Source: Candidatus Saccharimonadia bacterium (GTDB lineage: Bacteria; Patescibacteriota; SICC01). From it: a stretch of 64,000 nt of DNA. The position numbers were made by a program, and so were the translations under genes. Positions 26,918 through 36,238 of this stretch are shown here, piece after piece. The stretch covers positions 219,406 through 283,405 of the forward strand of contig JANWJF010000001.1 in NCBI GenBank assembly GCA_025449535.1. Reading direction: 5' to 3'. The notes under the pieces were generated by a model that had not been told where the DNA came from, searched no databases, and saw only the letters and a list, made by a program, of their open reading frames with translations. Position 1 is the stretch's first letter. Each line of letters begins with the position of its first letter.

Positions 26918-27756
26918 CGGACCGGCCGGACACCCGGATCTTCGTGGACGGCGGCGACCCGACCGAGTCGCAGCGGGTGAAGGACGCCCTTGGTTACCTC
27001 GACGGCCAGACGACGAACCCCTCGCTGGTCTCGAAGAACCCGCACATCCGGGAGCGGATCGCGCAGGGCAAGCTCACCTCCGAGGAGTTGCTGGAAGAGT
27101 ACAAGAAGATCGTCCAGGACGTCTCACGACTGACGCCGGACGGCTCGGTCTCCATCGAAGTCTATGCAGACGCGGACACCACCGCCGAGGCGATGCTGGC
27201 CCAGGGGCGGGAGATGTTCGGCTGGATCCCCAACGCGCACATCAAGTTCCCGATCACCGCGGCCGGGTTGGAAGCCGCGGAACGCGCGGTGGCGGACGGG
27301 ATGCGGGTGAACCTCACTCTCTGCTTCTCGCAGGCCCAGGCCGCCGCCGTGTACGCCGCCACCCGGGAGGCAAAGAAGGGTCAGGTGTTCGTCTCGCCGT
27401 TCGTCGGACGACTGGACGACCGCGGCGAGCGCGGCATGGACGTGGCCGCCGACATCATCCGGATGTACGGAGCCGGAGACGGCCACGTGGAAGTGCTCAC
27501 CGCCAGCGTCCGCGGCGTGCCGCACTTCCGGCAAGCGCTCGACCTCGGCACTGACATCATCACCGCGCCCGCCCAGGTGATTCTCGACTGGCATGCTGGG
27601 AAGTCCGAACCGGCGGACGACGGGAAGCTCAAGCCGATCTCTTATCGGGAGCTCGACCTGGACGCGGACTGGCGGAGCTTCGACCTGCACCACGACCTCA
27701 CGGACGCGGGCATCGAGAAGTTCGCCGCCGATTGGAACGCGCTGCTCAAGCAGTGA
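26914..27756 (+). CDS. tal: Transaldolase family protein
   Basis: IFVD, GQTTNPSL, IKFP, VNLTLCFS, SPFVGRLDD, TASVR; ATG overlaps upstream stop. Confidence 0.93.
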   Translation: MTDRPDTRIFVDGGDPTESQRVKDALGYLDGQTTNPSLVSKNPHIRERIAQGKLTSEELLEEYKKIVQDVSRLTPDGSVSIEVYADADTTAEAMLAQGREMFGWIPNAHIKFPITAAGLEAAERAVADGMRVNLTLCFSQAQAAAVYAATREAKKGQVFVSPFVGRLDDRGERGMDVAADIIRMYGAGDGHVEVLTASVRGVPHFRQALDLGTDIITAPAQVILDWHAGKSEPADDGKLKPISYRELDLDADWRSFDLHHDLTDAGIEKFAADWNALLKQ

Positions 27757-29274
27757 TCACCCGTCCGAGTGCGCCGTGGCCTGGCCCGCGCCGGGGACCG
27801 GGCAGACGTCGAGGCGGTCGCTCCACCAGCGCCGGCCGTCGCGCTTGAGCAGCTTGTCCGCCACGGCCGGACCCCAGGTGCCGCCGGCGTACGGCCGTGG
27901 CCGGACGGCCTGCCGCTCCCAGTGACGGAGGATCGGATCGACGAACCGCCAGGACGCCTCGATTTCGTCCGCCCGGGTGAAGAGTCCTTGGTTCCCGGCC
28001 AGCGCGTCGAGCAGGAGCCGGTCATAGGCGGACGGAAGCTTACCCGCGAACGCGTCACGGTAACAGAAGCTCATGTCTACCTCCTCCAGTGACTCCTGCG
28101 GCTCGCCGGGGCGCTTGAGGTAGAGCCGAAGGGCGATCCCTTCGTTCGGCTGGACGCGCAGGGTCAGCAAGTTGGCGCCGCCGTCATGGGCACGGACGCG
28201 ATGGCTCGACGGCTTGAACTGGACCGTGATCTCGGCCACCCGCTTCGGCAACCGCTTGCCGGTCCGAAGGTAGAACGGCACGCCCTTCCAGCGCCGGTTC
28301 GGCAGCTCGGCCCGAAGCGCCACGAACGTCTCGGTCCGCGACCGAGCCGCCACGTGCGGCTCCTCGCGATAGGCGGCCGTCCGCTTGCCGAGCAGGTCCT
28401 GTCCGGCGGCGTACTGCCCGGAGACCGTCCGCTCCGCGACCTGACGAGGCGTCGGCGGCTTGAGGCCGCGTAAGGCGGCGACCCGACGGGCCCTGACGTC
28501 CTTCGCCGACCAGGACGCCGGCGGTTCCATCGCGACCTGGGCCAGCAACTGCAGCGCGTGGCTTTGGATGACGTCCCGGAGCGCGCCGGCTTCCTCGTAA
28601 TACCGCCCGCGCGAGCCGACGGCTTCGTCCTCCGCCACCGTGATCTGCACGTGGTCGATATGGTCGCGGTTCCAGACCGGCTCGAACAGGCCGTTCTCGA
28701 ATCGGAAGGCCAGGATGTTCTGGACCGTGTCCTTGCCGAGATAATGGTCCATCCGGAAGATCTGCGATTCGTCGAAGTGGCGGGCGAGGTGCCGGTTGAG
28801 GCGCCGTGCCGAGGCCAGGTCCCGGCCGAACGGCTTCTCCAGGACGATCGCCGGCGTACCCTCGCCGACCCGCCGGTTGAGGCGCGCCTTGGCTAGCCCC
28901 TCGGCCACCGGCTCGAACAGGCTCGGCGGCGTCGCCAGGTAGTAGACCACGCGGCACGGCCGCTTGCCGATCTTCTTCGCGAGCGCCGGACCCCAGTCGT
29001 CGTTAGCGAGATCCGCGGTCACGTGCGCGAACTTCGCCGTCCGCGGCAGATCCGGTCCGGACGCCCCGGCGGCCCACTTCCCGAACGTCGCGTCCGTGTG
29101 CGGGTGCTGCGAGACGCCGACCAGCCGGAACGAGGGGCCGAGCAGGCCGTTCCGGGCCAGATGGCTGAGCGCCGGCAAGAGGTATTTGGCGGACAGGCCG
29201 CCGGTAGCGCCGAACAGGACGAGGACGGTCGGTCCCGTGATTTCGGTATGGGTGTCGGCGGCCGTCTTGGTCAC
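27757..29274 (-). CDS. zwf: Glucose-6-phosphate dehydrogenase
   Basis: FGATGGL, EKPFG, RMDHYLGK, GALRDVIQSH, WKGVPFYLRTGK; GTG start 6 nt after TATGCT. Confidence 0.96.
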   Translation of the reverse strand: MTKTAADTHTEITGPTVLVLFGATGGLSAKYLLPALSHLARNGLLGPSFRLVGVSQHPHTDATFGKWAAGASGPDLPRTAKFAHVTADLANDDWGPALAKKIGKRPCRVVYYLATPPSLFEPVAEGLAKARLNRRVGEGTPAIVLEKPFGRDLASARRLNRHLARHFDESQIFRMDHYLGKDTVQNILAFRFENGLFEPVWNRDHIDHVQITVAEDEAVGSRGRYYEEAGALRDVIQSHALQLLAQVAMEPPASWSAKDVRARRVAALRGLKPPTPRQVAERTVSGQYAAGQDLLGKRTAAYREEPHVAARSRTETFVALRAELPNRRWKGVPFYLRTGKRLPKRVAEITVQFKPSSHRVRAHDGGANLLTLRVQPNEGIALRLYLKRPGEPQESLEEVDMSFCYRDAFAGKLPSAYDRLLLDALAGNQGLFTRADEIEASWRFVDPILRHWERQAVRPRPYAGGTWGPAVADKLLKRDGRRWWSDRLDVCPVPGAGQATAHSDG

Positions 29275-29310
29275 GAATGCAGCATAGCATTGTGATATAG
29301 TCGACCCGCC

Positions 29311-29676
29311 ATGGCCGGTCCGAAGAAAATCCTGCTGATCGAAGACGACTTCCTCCTGTTGGAGATGTACGCGATCACGCTTTCCGGCGAAGGATACGAG
29401 GTCTACAAGGCGTCGGACGGCCGCCAGGGACTCGACCTGATCCAGAAGGAACGGCCCGACCTGATCCTGCTCGACCTCTCGATGCCGAGCATCTCGGGAT
29501 TCCAGGTGTTGGACGACCTTAAGGAATCCGGCGACGACACCCCGGTGATCGTGATCTCGAACACCGACGAGCGCGCCGCGATGGACAAGTGCAAGGAGCT
29601 CGGCGTGAAGGAGTACGTCGTGAAGGCGCGGACGAACCTCGACCAGATCAAGGACATCGTGAAGCGCTATCTCTGA
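29311..29676 (+). CDS. Single-domain response regulator
   Basis: ILLIEDD, PDLILLDLSMP, ISN, YVVK. Confidence 0.95.
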   Translation: MAGPKKILLIEDDFLLLEMYAITLSGEGYEVYKASDGRQGLDLIQKERPDLILLDLSMPSISGFQVLDDLKESGDDTPVIVISNTDERAAMDKCKELGVKEYVVKARTNLDQIKDIVKRYL

Positions 29677-29727
29677 CCCGCGGAAGTCCCGAATGAACCC
29701 AACAACCAGCAAAACCGAAAAGAAAAG

Positions 29728-30897
29728 ATGAAGATCCTGCTCGCGACCGAATCCTACTGGCCCAACCTCGACGGCGGGGCCATCTTCGAGCGCAACCTCG
29801 TCCTGGGACTCGGCGACCTCGGCCACGAAGTCCGGGTGGTGGCTCCGTCCCCCGACGGCAAGCCGCGGGTACAACAGGACGGCCGTTCGGAGGTGCACCG
29901 GACTCGGTCGCTCGGCCTCCCCGAACGGTTCGGGACACACGGCGCCAAGGGATCGCTCTTTCCCGGCAAGATCGTCCGCGACCTGGTGGACGGCTTCCGG
30001 CCAGACGTGATCCACGGCCACAACCACTTCTTCATCTGCCTGGCCGCACAGAAGGCGGCCCGGAAGCATGACATCCCCTATGTCGCGACGTACCACAACA
30101 TGCCGGAGAACGCCGTCGACAACCTGGGGCCGCTCAAGTACGTGGTCCCGGATCTGGTCGGGAAGATCTGGAAGTGGGACATGAAGTTCCTGAACCGCGC
30201 CAGCTACGTGACCTCCCCGACCAAGACCGCGATCGAGTACCTGGAGGCGCACGGGCTGGCCGCGCCGCACCGGCCGGTCTCGAACGGGATCAGCATCGAG
30301 AAGCACACCCCCGGACCGAAGCCGAAGGCGCTGGCCCGGAAGTACCGGCTGCCGGACAAGCCGATCGTGCTCTACATGGGCCGGCTGGACGGCGAGAAGC
30401 AGATGGACGTCTGGCTGGACGCCGCTGCCAAGATCCGCGAGGAGATCGACGCCCACTTCCTGATCGGCGGACGCGGCAGCAAGGCCGGAGCGCTGAAGCG
30501 GCAGGCCGCCTCGCTCGGGATCGCCCAGCACGTCACCTTCACCGGGATCGTGCCGGACAAGGACATGGGCGAATTCTACCGGCTCGGCGACGTCTTCGCG
30601 ATCAGTTCCCCGGCGGAACTGCAGAGCCTGGTGACGCTCGAGGCGATGGCCTCGGGTCTCCCGGTGGTGGCAGCCGACGCGATGGCCCTGCCCGAGCTTT
30701 GTCACAGCGGCCGGAACGGCTACCTTTTCCTCACGGGCAGCGCCGACGGGATGACCAAGAGCGTCGTCCGGATCCTCCAGAACCCGGCGATGGCCCGGCA
30801 GATGGGCGCGGAGTCGCGGAAGATCATCGAGAAGCACCACGACGTCCGCGAGATGCCGAAGCATTACGCGGCGGTGTACCAGGAAGCGATCGGGTAG
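29728..30897 (+). CDS. GT4 glycosyltransferase (glycolipid synthase-like)
   Basis: KILLATESYWP, GRLDGEK, ELQSLVTLEAMASGLPVV. Confidence 0.93.
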   Translation: MKILLATESYWPNLDGGAIFERNLVLGLGDLGHEVRVVAPSPDGKPRVQQDGRSEVHRTRSLGLPERFGTHGAKGSLFPGKIVRDLVDGFRPDVIHGHNHFFICLAAQKAARKHDIPYVATYHNMPENAVDNLGPLKYVVPDLVGKIWKWDMKFLNRASYVTSPTKTAIEYLEAHGLAAPHRPVSNGISIEKHTPGPKPKALARKYRLPDKPIVLYMGRLDGEKQMDVWLDAAAKIREEIDAHFLIGGRGSKAGALKRQAASLGIAQHVTFTGIVPDKDMGEFYRLGDVFAISSPAELQSLVTLEAMASGLPVVAADAMALPELCHSGRNGYLFLTGSADGMTKSVVRILQNPAMARQMGAESRKIIEKHHDVREMPKHYAAVYQEAIG

Positions 30898-30901
30898 CGG
30901 C

Positions 30902-32155
30902 ATGAACATCGGCTTCTTCTCCGAGACGTACAAGCCGGACATCAACGGGGTGATCACCTCGATCGAGAGTTTCCGCCAGGAACTCGAGGCGGACGGTCAC
31001 ACGGTCTACGTCTTCGCGCCGGACCAGCGCTTCTTCCAGATGCCCTGGCAGAAGTCGAAGCGCGAGCGCCGGGTGTTTCGGTTCGGTTCGTTCCAATACC
31101 CCGCCTACAAGTCGATCCGGGTGGCGATGCCGCTCAACATCCCGGTGGCACGGAAGATCCCGTCACTGAAGCTGGACGTGGTGCATTCGCACACGCCGTT
31201 CTCGCTCGGGCTGTTCGCCAGCTGGGTAGCCCGGAAGTACGACATCCCCCACGTGCACACGTACCACACGCTGTATCCCGAGTACGCGAAATTCTACTTC
31301 CCCGGCTTCAAGAAGTGGAACCAGAAGGGCGCCGAGAAGCTTTCCGCCCTCTTCTGCAACCAGGCCACGGAGATCATCGCGCCATCCGACGACATCCGGC
31401 GGAAGCTCCGGAGCTACGGGATCCGCCGTCCGGTGACTACGCTGCCGACCGGCGTCGACAAGGAATTCTTCACCGTGAAGGATCCGGACCACGGCATCCG
31501 GAAGCGGTTCGGCATCCCGCAGGCCGCGCCGCTCCTGATCACGGTCGCCCGGCTCGGGCGCGAGAAGAGCATCGACTTCATCCTCCGTTCGTTCGTGAAG
31601 GTCCGGAAACAGCGGCCGGACGCGTATTACCTGATCGTCGGGGACGGCCCCGCCCGGCTCGAGTTGGAGACACTGAGCAAGGAACTCGGCGTCGCCGACC
31701 GCGTGGTCTTCACCGGGTTCCTGGGCAGCCGGACGGACGTCGTGCGGGCGTACGCGAACGCCGACCTCTTCGTCTTTGCCAGCCGCACGGACACCCAATG
31801 CCTGACCATCCTGGAGGCGGCGGCGACCGGCCTGCCGGTGGTGGCGGTCAAGGACAAGCCGCTGGAACTGGCGCTACATCACGGGCGGAACGGGTATGCC
31901 GTGCCGCCGCGAGAGGTCGCGTTCGCGGACAAGGCCGTGGCGCTGCTGGCGGACAAGGCGCGGATGCGACGGTTCGGGGCGGAGAGCCGGAAGATCGCCC
32001 GGGGCCTGTCCGCCAAGCAGCAGGCGAAGAAACTCGTGACGATCTATGAGCGCGCCCGGGCGGAGGAGTTCTCACCCCAGGACCCCAAGCGGCTCAGCGA
32101 GGCGTTCCGGCGCGTCCGGAAAGGCTTCGACCTCCGGTCGCGGATCCGGCGCTGA
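30902..32155 (+). CDS. GT4 glycosyltransferase (diacylglycerol glucosyltransferase-like)
   Basis: FSETYKPDINGVITSI, HSHTPF, HTYHT, RLGREK, FVFASRTDTQ..LEA. Confidence 0.93.
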   Translation: MNIGFFSETYKPDINGVITSIESFRQELEADGHTVYVFAPDQRFFQMPWQKSKRERRVFRFGSFQYPAYKSIRVAMPLNIPVARKIPSLKLDVVHSHTPFSLGLFASWVARKYDIPHVHTYHTLYPEYAKFYFPGFKKWNQKGAEKLSALFCNQATEIIAPSDDIRRKLRSYGIRRPVTTLPTGVDKEFFTVKDPDHGIRKRFGIPQAAPLLITVARLGREKSIDFILRSFVKVRKQRPDAYYLIVGDGPARLELETLSKELGVADRVVFTGFLGSRTDVVRAYANADLFVFASRTDTQCLTILEAAATGLPVVAVKDKPLELALHHGRNGYAVPPREVAFADKAVALLADKARMRRFGAESRKIARGLSAKQQAKKLVTIYERARAEEFSPQDPKRLSEAFRRVRKGFDLRSRIRR

Positions 32156-32165
32156 CCGGTTGGTG

Positions 32166-32239
32166 TGGACTCAGTAGGATTCGAACCTACGACCTCCTCA
32201 ACGTCAATGAGGCGCTCTAGCCAACTGAGCTATGAGTCC
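32166..32239 (-). tRNA. tRNA-Val(GAC)
   Basis: GGACTCA/TGAGTCC acceptor stem, CCTCA-TTGACGT-TGAGG anticodon arm, GGTTCGAATCC T loop; CCA not in register. Confidence 0.96.
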
Positions 32240-32287
32240 GAATGGCAGTAATCATAGTACCTTCTCGTTCGAACACTCGCGAGGAGC

Positions 32288-32875
32288 CTACCGGTCCTCG
32301 AACCCGACGTCGAACATCTCCTCGAACCGCTCCACGGTGGCATTATCCGGGGGGTCGACAAGGTCGCCGTCTTCATGATGGCGAGAATCGTACATGATCG
32401 AGTCCGGATCGGACGAGTGACCCAATCCACGGTTATGCCCTTCCTCGTGAGTGTTCGTCCGCTGCATCTCTTCCGGCGTCAGCCTCGAGTTGAGCCACTT
32501 TTGACAAGTCTTGGTGGAGAATGCCCCGGCAGGCTCGGTATCGGGATCGAAGTCCTGCTGATCCTCGAAGTGGTCGGTGAAGACCACCGTTTCTCCATCG
32601 CAACCCGGTTCGGGAGCACCTACCCGCTCCCAGAAAATCTCCGCTGCCTCCTCAGCTTCCCGATACGCGGCGATCAAGTCCGGACGGACATCGCCCCGAA
32701 ATTCCACCTCCGGAGGATCGACTGCTCCCGGCGGAAGGTCCGATAGCTGCCAGTCCGACGCCGTCAACGGTGCCGCTTCCCGTTCGGGCGACGGCGGTTG
32801 TTGGGCCGGTTCCCCGCCCATGGCGAAGACTGACCAGACGGTCGCGACGGCAGCTCCTATTCGCTCGGCTTTCAT
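32288..32875 (-). CDS. Matrixin-like (M10) zinc metalloprotease
   Basis: HEEGHNRGLGH followed by SIMY Met-turn. Confidence 0.88.
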   Translation of the reverse strand: MKAERIGAAVATVWSVFAMGGEPAQQPPSPEREAAPLTASDWQLSDLPPGAVDPPEVEFRGDVRPDLIAAYREAEEAAEIFWERVGAPEPGCDGETVVFTDHFEDQQDFDPDTEPAGAFSTKTCQKWLNSRLTPEEMQRTNTHEEGHNRGLGHSSDPDSIMYDSRHHEDGDLVDPPDNATVERFEEMFDVGFEDR

Positions 32876-32919
32876 AGCCGGACATTATGCTTGTTGACCA
32901 TTAACAAGTCAACCAAGCT

Positions 32920-33327
32920 TCATTTACGTTTCTCAAGATCAAGCGCCGCGGAGTTTACGCAGTATCTTCGCTTGCCAACGTGGCCAGGAAGGTCGTCAAA
33001 GACGTGGCCGAGGTGGCCGCCGCAGCGGCGACAGATGACCTCGGTGCGGACCATGCCGTGCGAGGTGTCGGGACGCAGCTCGACCGCTTCCCTCACCGCC
33101 GGCTCGGTGAAGCTCGGCCAGCCGGTCCCCGAATCGACCTTGGCGTCGGAAGAGAACAACGCGGCGGCGCACGCCACGCAGCGGTACATGCCGTCCGCCT
33201 TTTCGCGTACGTAATCCCCAGTGAACGGCCGTTCGGTCCCGCGTTCGCGCAGGACCCGGTACTGCTCAGGCGTCAGGCGTTTCCGCCAGCCGGCGTCGTC
33301 CTGCGGCAGTTCGGAGGAATCGGTCAT
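32920..33327 (-). CDS. msrB: Peptide-methionine (R)-S-oxide reductase
   Basis: LTPEQY.V, GTERPF, SGTGWPSF, RTEV.C..CGGHLGHVF, RYCVNS. Confidence 0.97.
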   Translation of the reverse strand: MTDSSELPQDDAGWRKRLTPEQYRVLRERGTERPFTGDYVREKADGMYRCVACAAALFSSDAKVDSGTGWPSFTEPAVREAVELRPDTSHGMVRTEVICRRCGGHLGHVFDDLPGHVGKRRYCVNSAALDLEKRK

Positions 33328-33443
33328 TCGCAACAAGGGTCATGGTACCCGCAGTTCTGGCAGTCTCCCGTCCAGGCGCCGGACCTGGCGTCCATCTCCT
33401 CTCCGCACTGCGGGCATTCCTGCGTCTGTTCGGTGTAGCTCAC
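33324..33443 (-). CDS. 39-aa zinc-ribbon miniprotein
   Basis: Hand translation MSYTEQTQECPQCGEEMDARSGAWTGDCQNCGYHDPCCE; TAGAAT 6 nt upstream; stop overlaps msrB ATG. Confidence 0.8.
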   Translation of the reverse strand: MSYTEQTQECPQCGEEMDARSGAWTGDCQNCGYHDPCCE

Positions 33444-33512
33444 GCCGCCATTCTACGCCGGCGGCGGCGGGAGCGCTCGGGCTTCCGAGCACGGACGGGT
33501 ATACTGGGAACC

Positions 33513-35303
33513 GTGGCAAAAAAGAACGCACCGAAGCAGGAACCGGCCGACCTGGCGGCGATGCGCCATTCGCTGTCGCACGTGCTGGCAATGGCGGTAC
33601 TCGACATGTTCCCCGAGGCCAAGCTAGGGATCGGGCCGGCCACGGACGACGGCTTCTATTACGACTTCGACCTCCCCCGAACGCTGATTCCGGAGGACCT
33701 GCCGATCCTCGAACAGAAGATGCGGAAGATCGCGAAGCGCGGATTGACGTTCGACGGCAAGGAGGTCGCACCGAAGGAAGCGGTCGATACCCTCAAGGGA
33801 GCCGGCCAGCCGTACAAGGTCGAACTGGCCGAGGAGTTCGCACAGGCGAAGGAGCCGATCACGTTCTACCGTTCCGGCGACTTCACCGACCTCTGCAAGG
33901 GCGGCCACGTGAAGTCCACCAAGGATACCGGTGCGTTCAAGCTGACGCGGATCGCCGGGGCGTACTGGCGCGGCGACGAGACGCGGCCGCAGCTCCAGCG
34001 CGTCTACGGCGTGGCGTTCGCGACGCAGGCCGAGCTCGACGCGTACCTGGAGCGCCAGGAGAAGGCCAAGCAGCGCGACCACCGGAAGCTCGGCAAGGAA
34101 CTCGACCTGTTCACCTTCTCCGAACTGGTCGGGTCGGGGCTGCCCTTGTTCACGCCGCGCGGCACGGTCCTCCGGACGGCCCTCCAGGACTCGCTGCTCG
34201 AGATCAGCAAGAAGTACGGCATGCAGCCGGTGACGATCCCCCACATCGCCAAGCTCGACCTGTACGAGAAGTCGGGACATGCCGAGAAGTTCAGCGCCGA
34301 GCTGCTGAAGGTGCAAAGCAAGTACGGTGAGTTCGTGATGAAGCCGGTCAACTGCCCCCATCACACCCAGATTTACGCCAGCCGGCCACGCTCTTACCGC
34401 GACCTGCCGCTGCGCTACATGGAGTCGACGATGCAGTACCGCGACGAGAAGCCCGGTGAGATCGGCGGCCTGACCCGGGTCCGGGCGATCACCGTCGACG
34501 ACGGCCATGTCTTCTGTCGGGTCGACCAGATCAAGGCCGAGGCAACGAATATCGCCAAGGTCATCGAGGAGTTCTACGGCAACCTCGGCATGTTCGGTGA
34601 CCACTGGGTCTCGCTGTCGGTCCGCGACCCGGGGACGCCGGACGCCTACATCGGCGACGCCAAGGACTGGGATGCCGCCGAGGTCATGCTTCAGGAGCTG
34701 TCCGAAGAGCTGAAGCTGGACGCCAAGCGCATGGAGGGCGAGGCCGCGTTGTACGGGCCAAAGCTCGACTACATGTTCAAGGACGCGCTGGGCAACGAGC
34801 GCCAGCTGGCGACGATCCAAATCGACTTCGCGATGCCGCCGCGGTTCGGCTTGACGTACGTCGGCCAGGACGGCCTGGAGAAGCCGCCGGTGATCATCCA
34901 CCGGGCGATCCTCGGCTCATACGAACGCTTCCTGGCGATCCTGATCGAACATTTCGCGGGCGCGTTCCCGCTCTGGCTGGCCCCGGAACAGGTCCGGGTA
35001 CTCCCGATCAGCGGGAAGCAGGCCGCGTACGCACACTCGGTGGCCGAGGAGCTGCGCGCCGCCGGACTCCGCGTGGAGGTCGACGACGAGGCGGAGACCA
35101 TCGGCAAGAAGATCAGGAACGCCGAGACCATGAAGATCCCGTACATGCTCGTGGTCGGCGACAAGGAGAAGCAGGCCGGTACGGCCGCGGTCCGCAGCTA
35201 TCACCGCGGCGATCTTGGCGCGAAGAAGGCGGCGACCGTCGCCAAGGCGTTGGCCAAGGAAGCCGTCGACCGGTCGCTTCCGGAAAAACCGAAACGGGCG
35301 TGA
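33513..35303 (+). CDS. thrS: Threonine--tRNA ligase (no N-terminal TGS domain)
   Basis: RHSLSH, GFYYDF, DLCKGGHV, GAYWRGDE, RDHRKLG, KPVNCPHH, HRAILGSYERF. Confidence 0.98.
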   Translation: MAKKNAPKQEPADLAAMRHSLSHVLAMAVLDMFPEAKLGIGPATDDGFYYDFDLPRTLIPEDLPILEQKMRKIAKRGLTFDGKEVAPKEAVDTLKGAGQPYKVELAEEFAQAKEPITFYRSGDFTDLCKGGHVKSTKDTGAFKLTRIAGAYWRGDETRPQLQRVYGVAFATQAELDAYLERQEKAKQRDHRKLGKELDLFTFSELVGSGLPLFTPRGTVLRTALQDSLLEISKKYGMQPVTIPHIAKLDLYEKSGHAEKFSAELLKVQSKYGEFVMKPVNCPHHTQIYASRPRSYRDLPLRYMESTMQYRDEKPGEIGGLTRVRAITVDDGHVFCRVDQIKAEATNIAKVIEEFYGNLGMFGDHWVSLSVRDPGTPDAYIGDAKDWDAAEVMLQELSEELKLDAKRMEGEAALYGPKLDYMFKDALGNERQLATIQIDFAMPPRFGLTYVGQDGLEKPPVIIHRAILGSYERFLAILIEHFAGAFPLWLAPEQVRVLPISGKQAAYAHSVAEELRAAGLRVEVDDEAETIGKKIRNAETMKIPYMLVVGDKEKQAGTAAVRSYHRGDLGAKKAATVAKALAKEAVDRSLPEKPKRA

Positions 35304-36238
35304 CGGACCACCCCCGCCACCGGAAGCCGCCGCTGGTCGTGATCGTCGGCCCGACCGCTTCCGGCAAGACGGCGTTGGCGATCGAATTGGCCGAGGAGTT
35401 CCATGGGGAGATCGTCTCCGCGGACTCGCGGCAGGTGTATCGCGGCATGGACATCGGCACCGCCAAGGCGATGCCGGAGGAACTGACCCGGGCGCCGCAC
35501 CATCTGATCGACATCGCCAAGCCGACCGACCGCCTGACTCTCGCCGAATACAAGGAGCACGCCGACCGGGCGATCCTGCATATCCAGGACCGGGGACTGC
35601 TACCCTTTCTGGTCGGGGGGACGGGGCTGTACGTCCAAGCCGTGGTCGATAACCTCGACATACCCGCAGTGCCGCCGCAGCCGGAGCTCCGCGCGAAGCT
35701 GGAGAAGCTCAGCCTGGAGGCGCTGGGCAAGCGGCTCAAGCAGATCGACCCGACGTCGTACGCCGCGGTCGACCGGAAGAATCCCCGACGGCTGATCCGG
35801 GCGATCGAGGTCGGCGAGACCGAGGGCGTGTCCATCCAACGGCTGAAGCGGTCACGGAAGCCTTTGTTCGACATCCTCATGCTGGGACTCAGGACCGATC
35901 CGAAGACGTTGGAGAAACGCGTCCGCGGCCGCATCGACGACTGGCTGGATCGCGGGCTGCTCGACGAGATCAGCCGTCTCCACGACGACTTCGGCGTGTC
36001 GTGGGACCAGCTCGAGGACTTCGGCCTCCACTACCGTACCTTCGCCGAACATCTCCAGGGGAACCTAGAGTTCGACCGGGCCAAGGAGCTGGCGGTGACG
36101 GAGAATCTCAAGTACGCCAAGCGCCAGCTGACCTGGTTCAAGCGGGACAAGCGGATCCGTTGGATCAACGACGAGGATCATGCCGGCGTATTGGTGTCCG
36201 ACTGGCTGATCGAACGCGCGCAAGGAGTGGGGCGATGA
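35300..36238 (+). CDS. miaA: tRNA dimethylallyltransferase
   Basis: GPTASGKT, SADSRQVYRGMDIGTAK, VGGTGLY, YAKRQLTWF. Confidence 0.98.
   Translation: MTDHPRHRKPPLVVIVGPTASGKTALAIELAEEFHGEIVSADSRQVYRGMDIGTAKAMPEELTRAPHHLIDIAKPTDRLTLAEYKEHADRAILHIQDRGLLPFLVGGTGLYVQAVVDNLDIPAVPPQPELRAKLEKLSLEALGKRLKQIDPTSYAAVDRKNPRRLIRAIEVGETEGVSIQRLKRSRKPLFDILMLGLRTDPKTLEKRVRGRIDDWLDRGLLDEISRLHDDFGVSWDQLEDFGLHYRTFAEHLQGNLEFDRAKELAVTENLKYAKRQLTWFKRDKRIRWINDEDHAGVLVSDWLIERAQGVGR

Noticed and set aside
29275-30957. 1066-aa Zwf fusion
   Set aside because: Extension is the antisense shadow of the response regulator and GT4 genes
26368-36234. Extended N-termini of tal (26368), thrS (33342) and murT (36001)
   Set aside because: They overlap neighbouring real genes; better starts at 26914, 33513 and 36235
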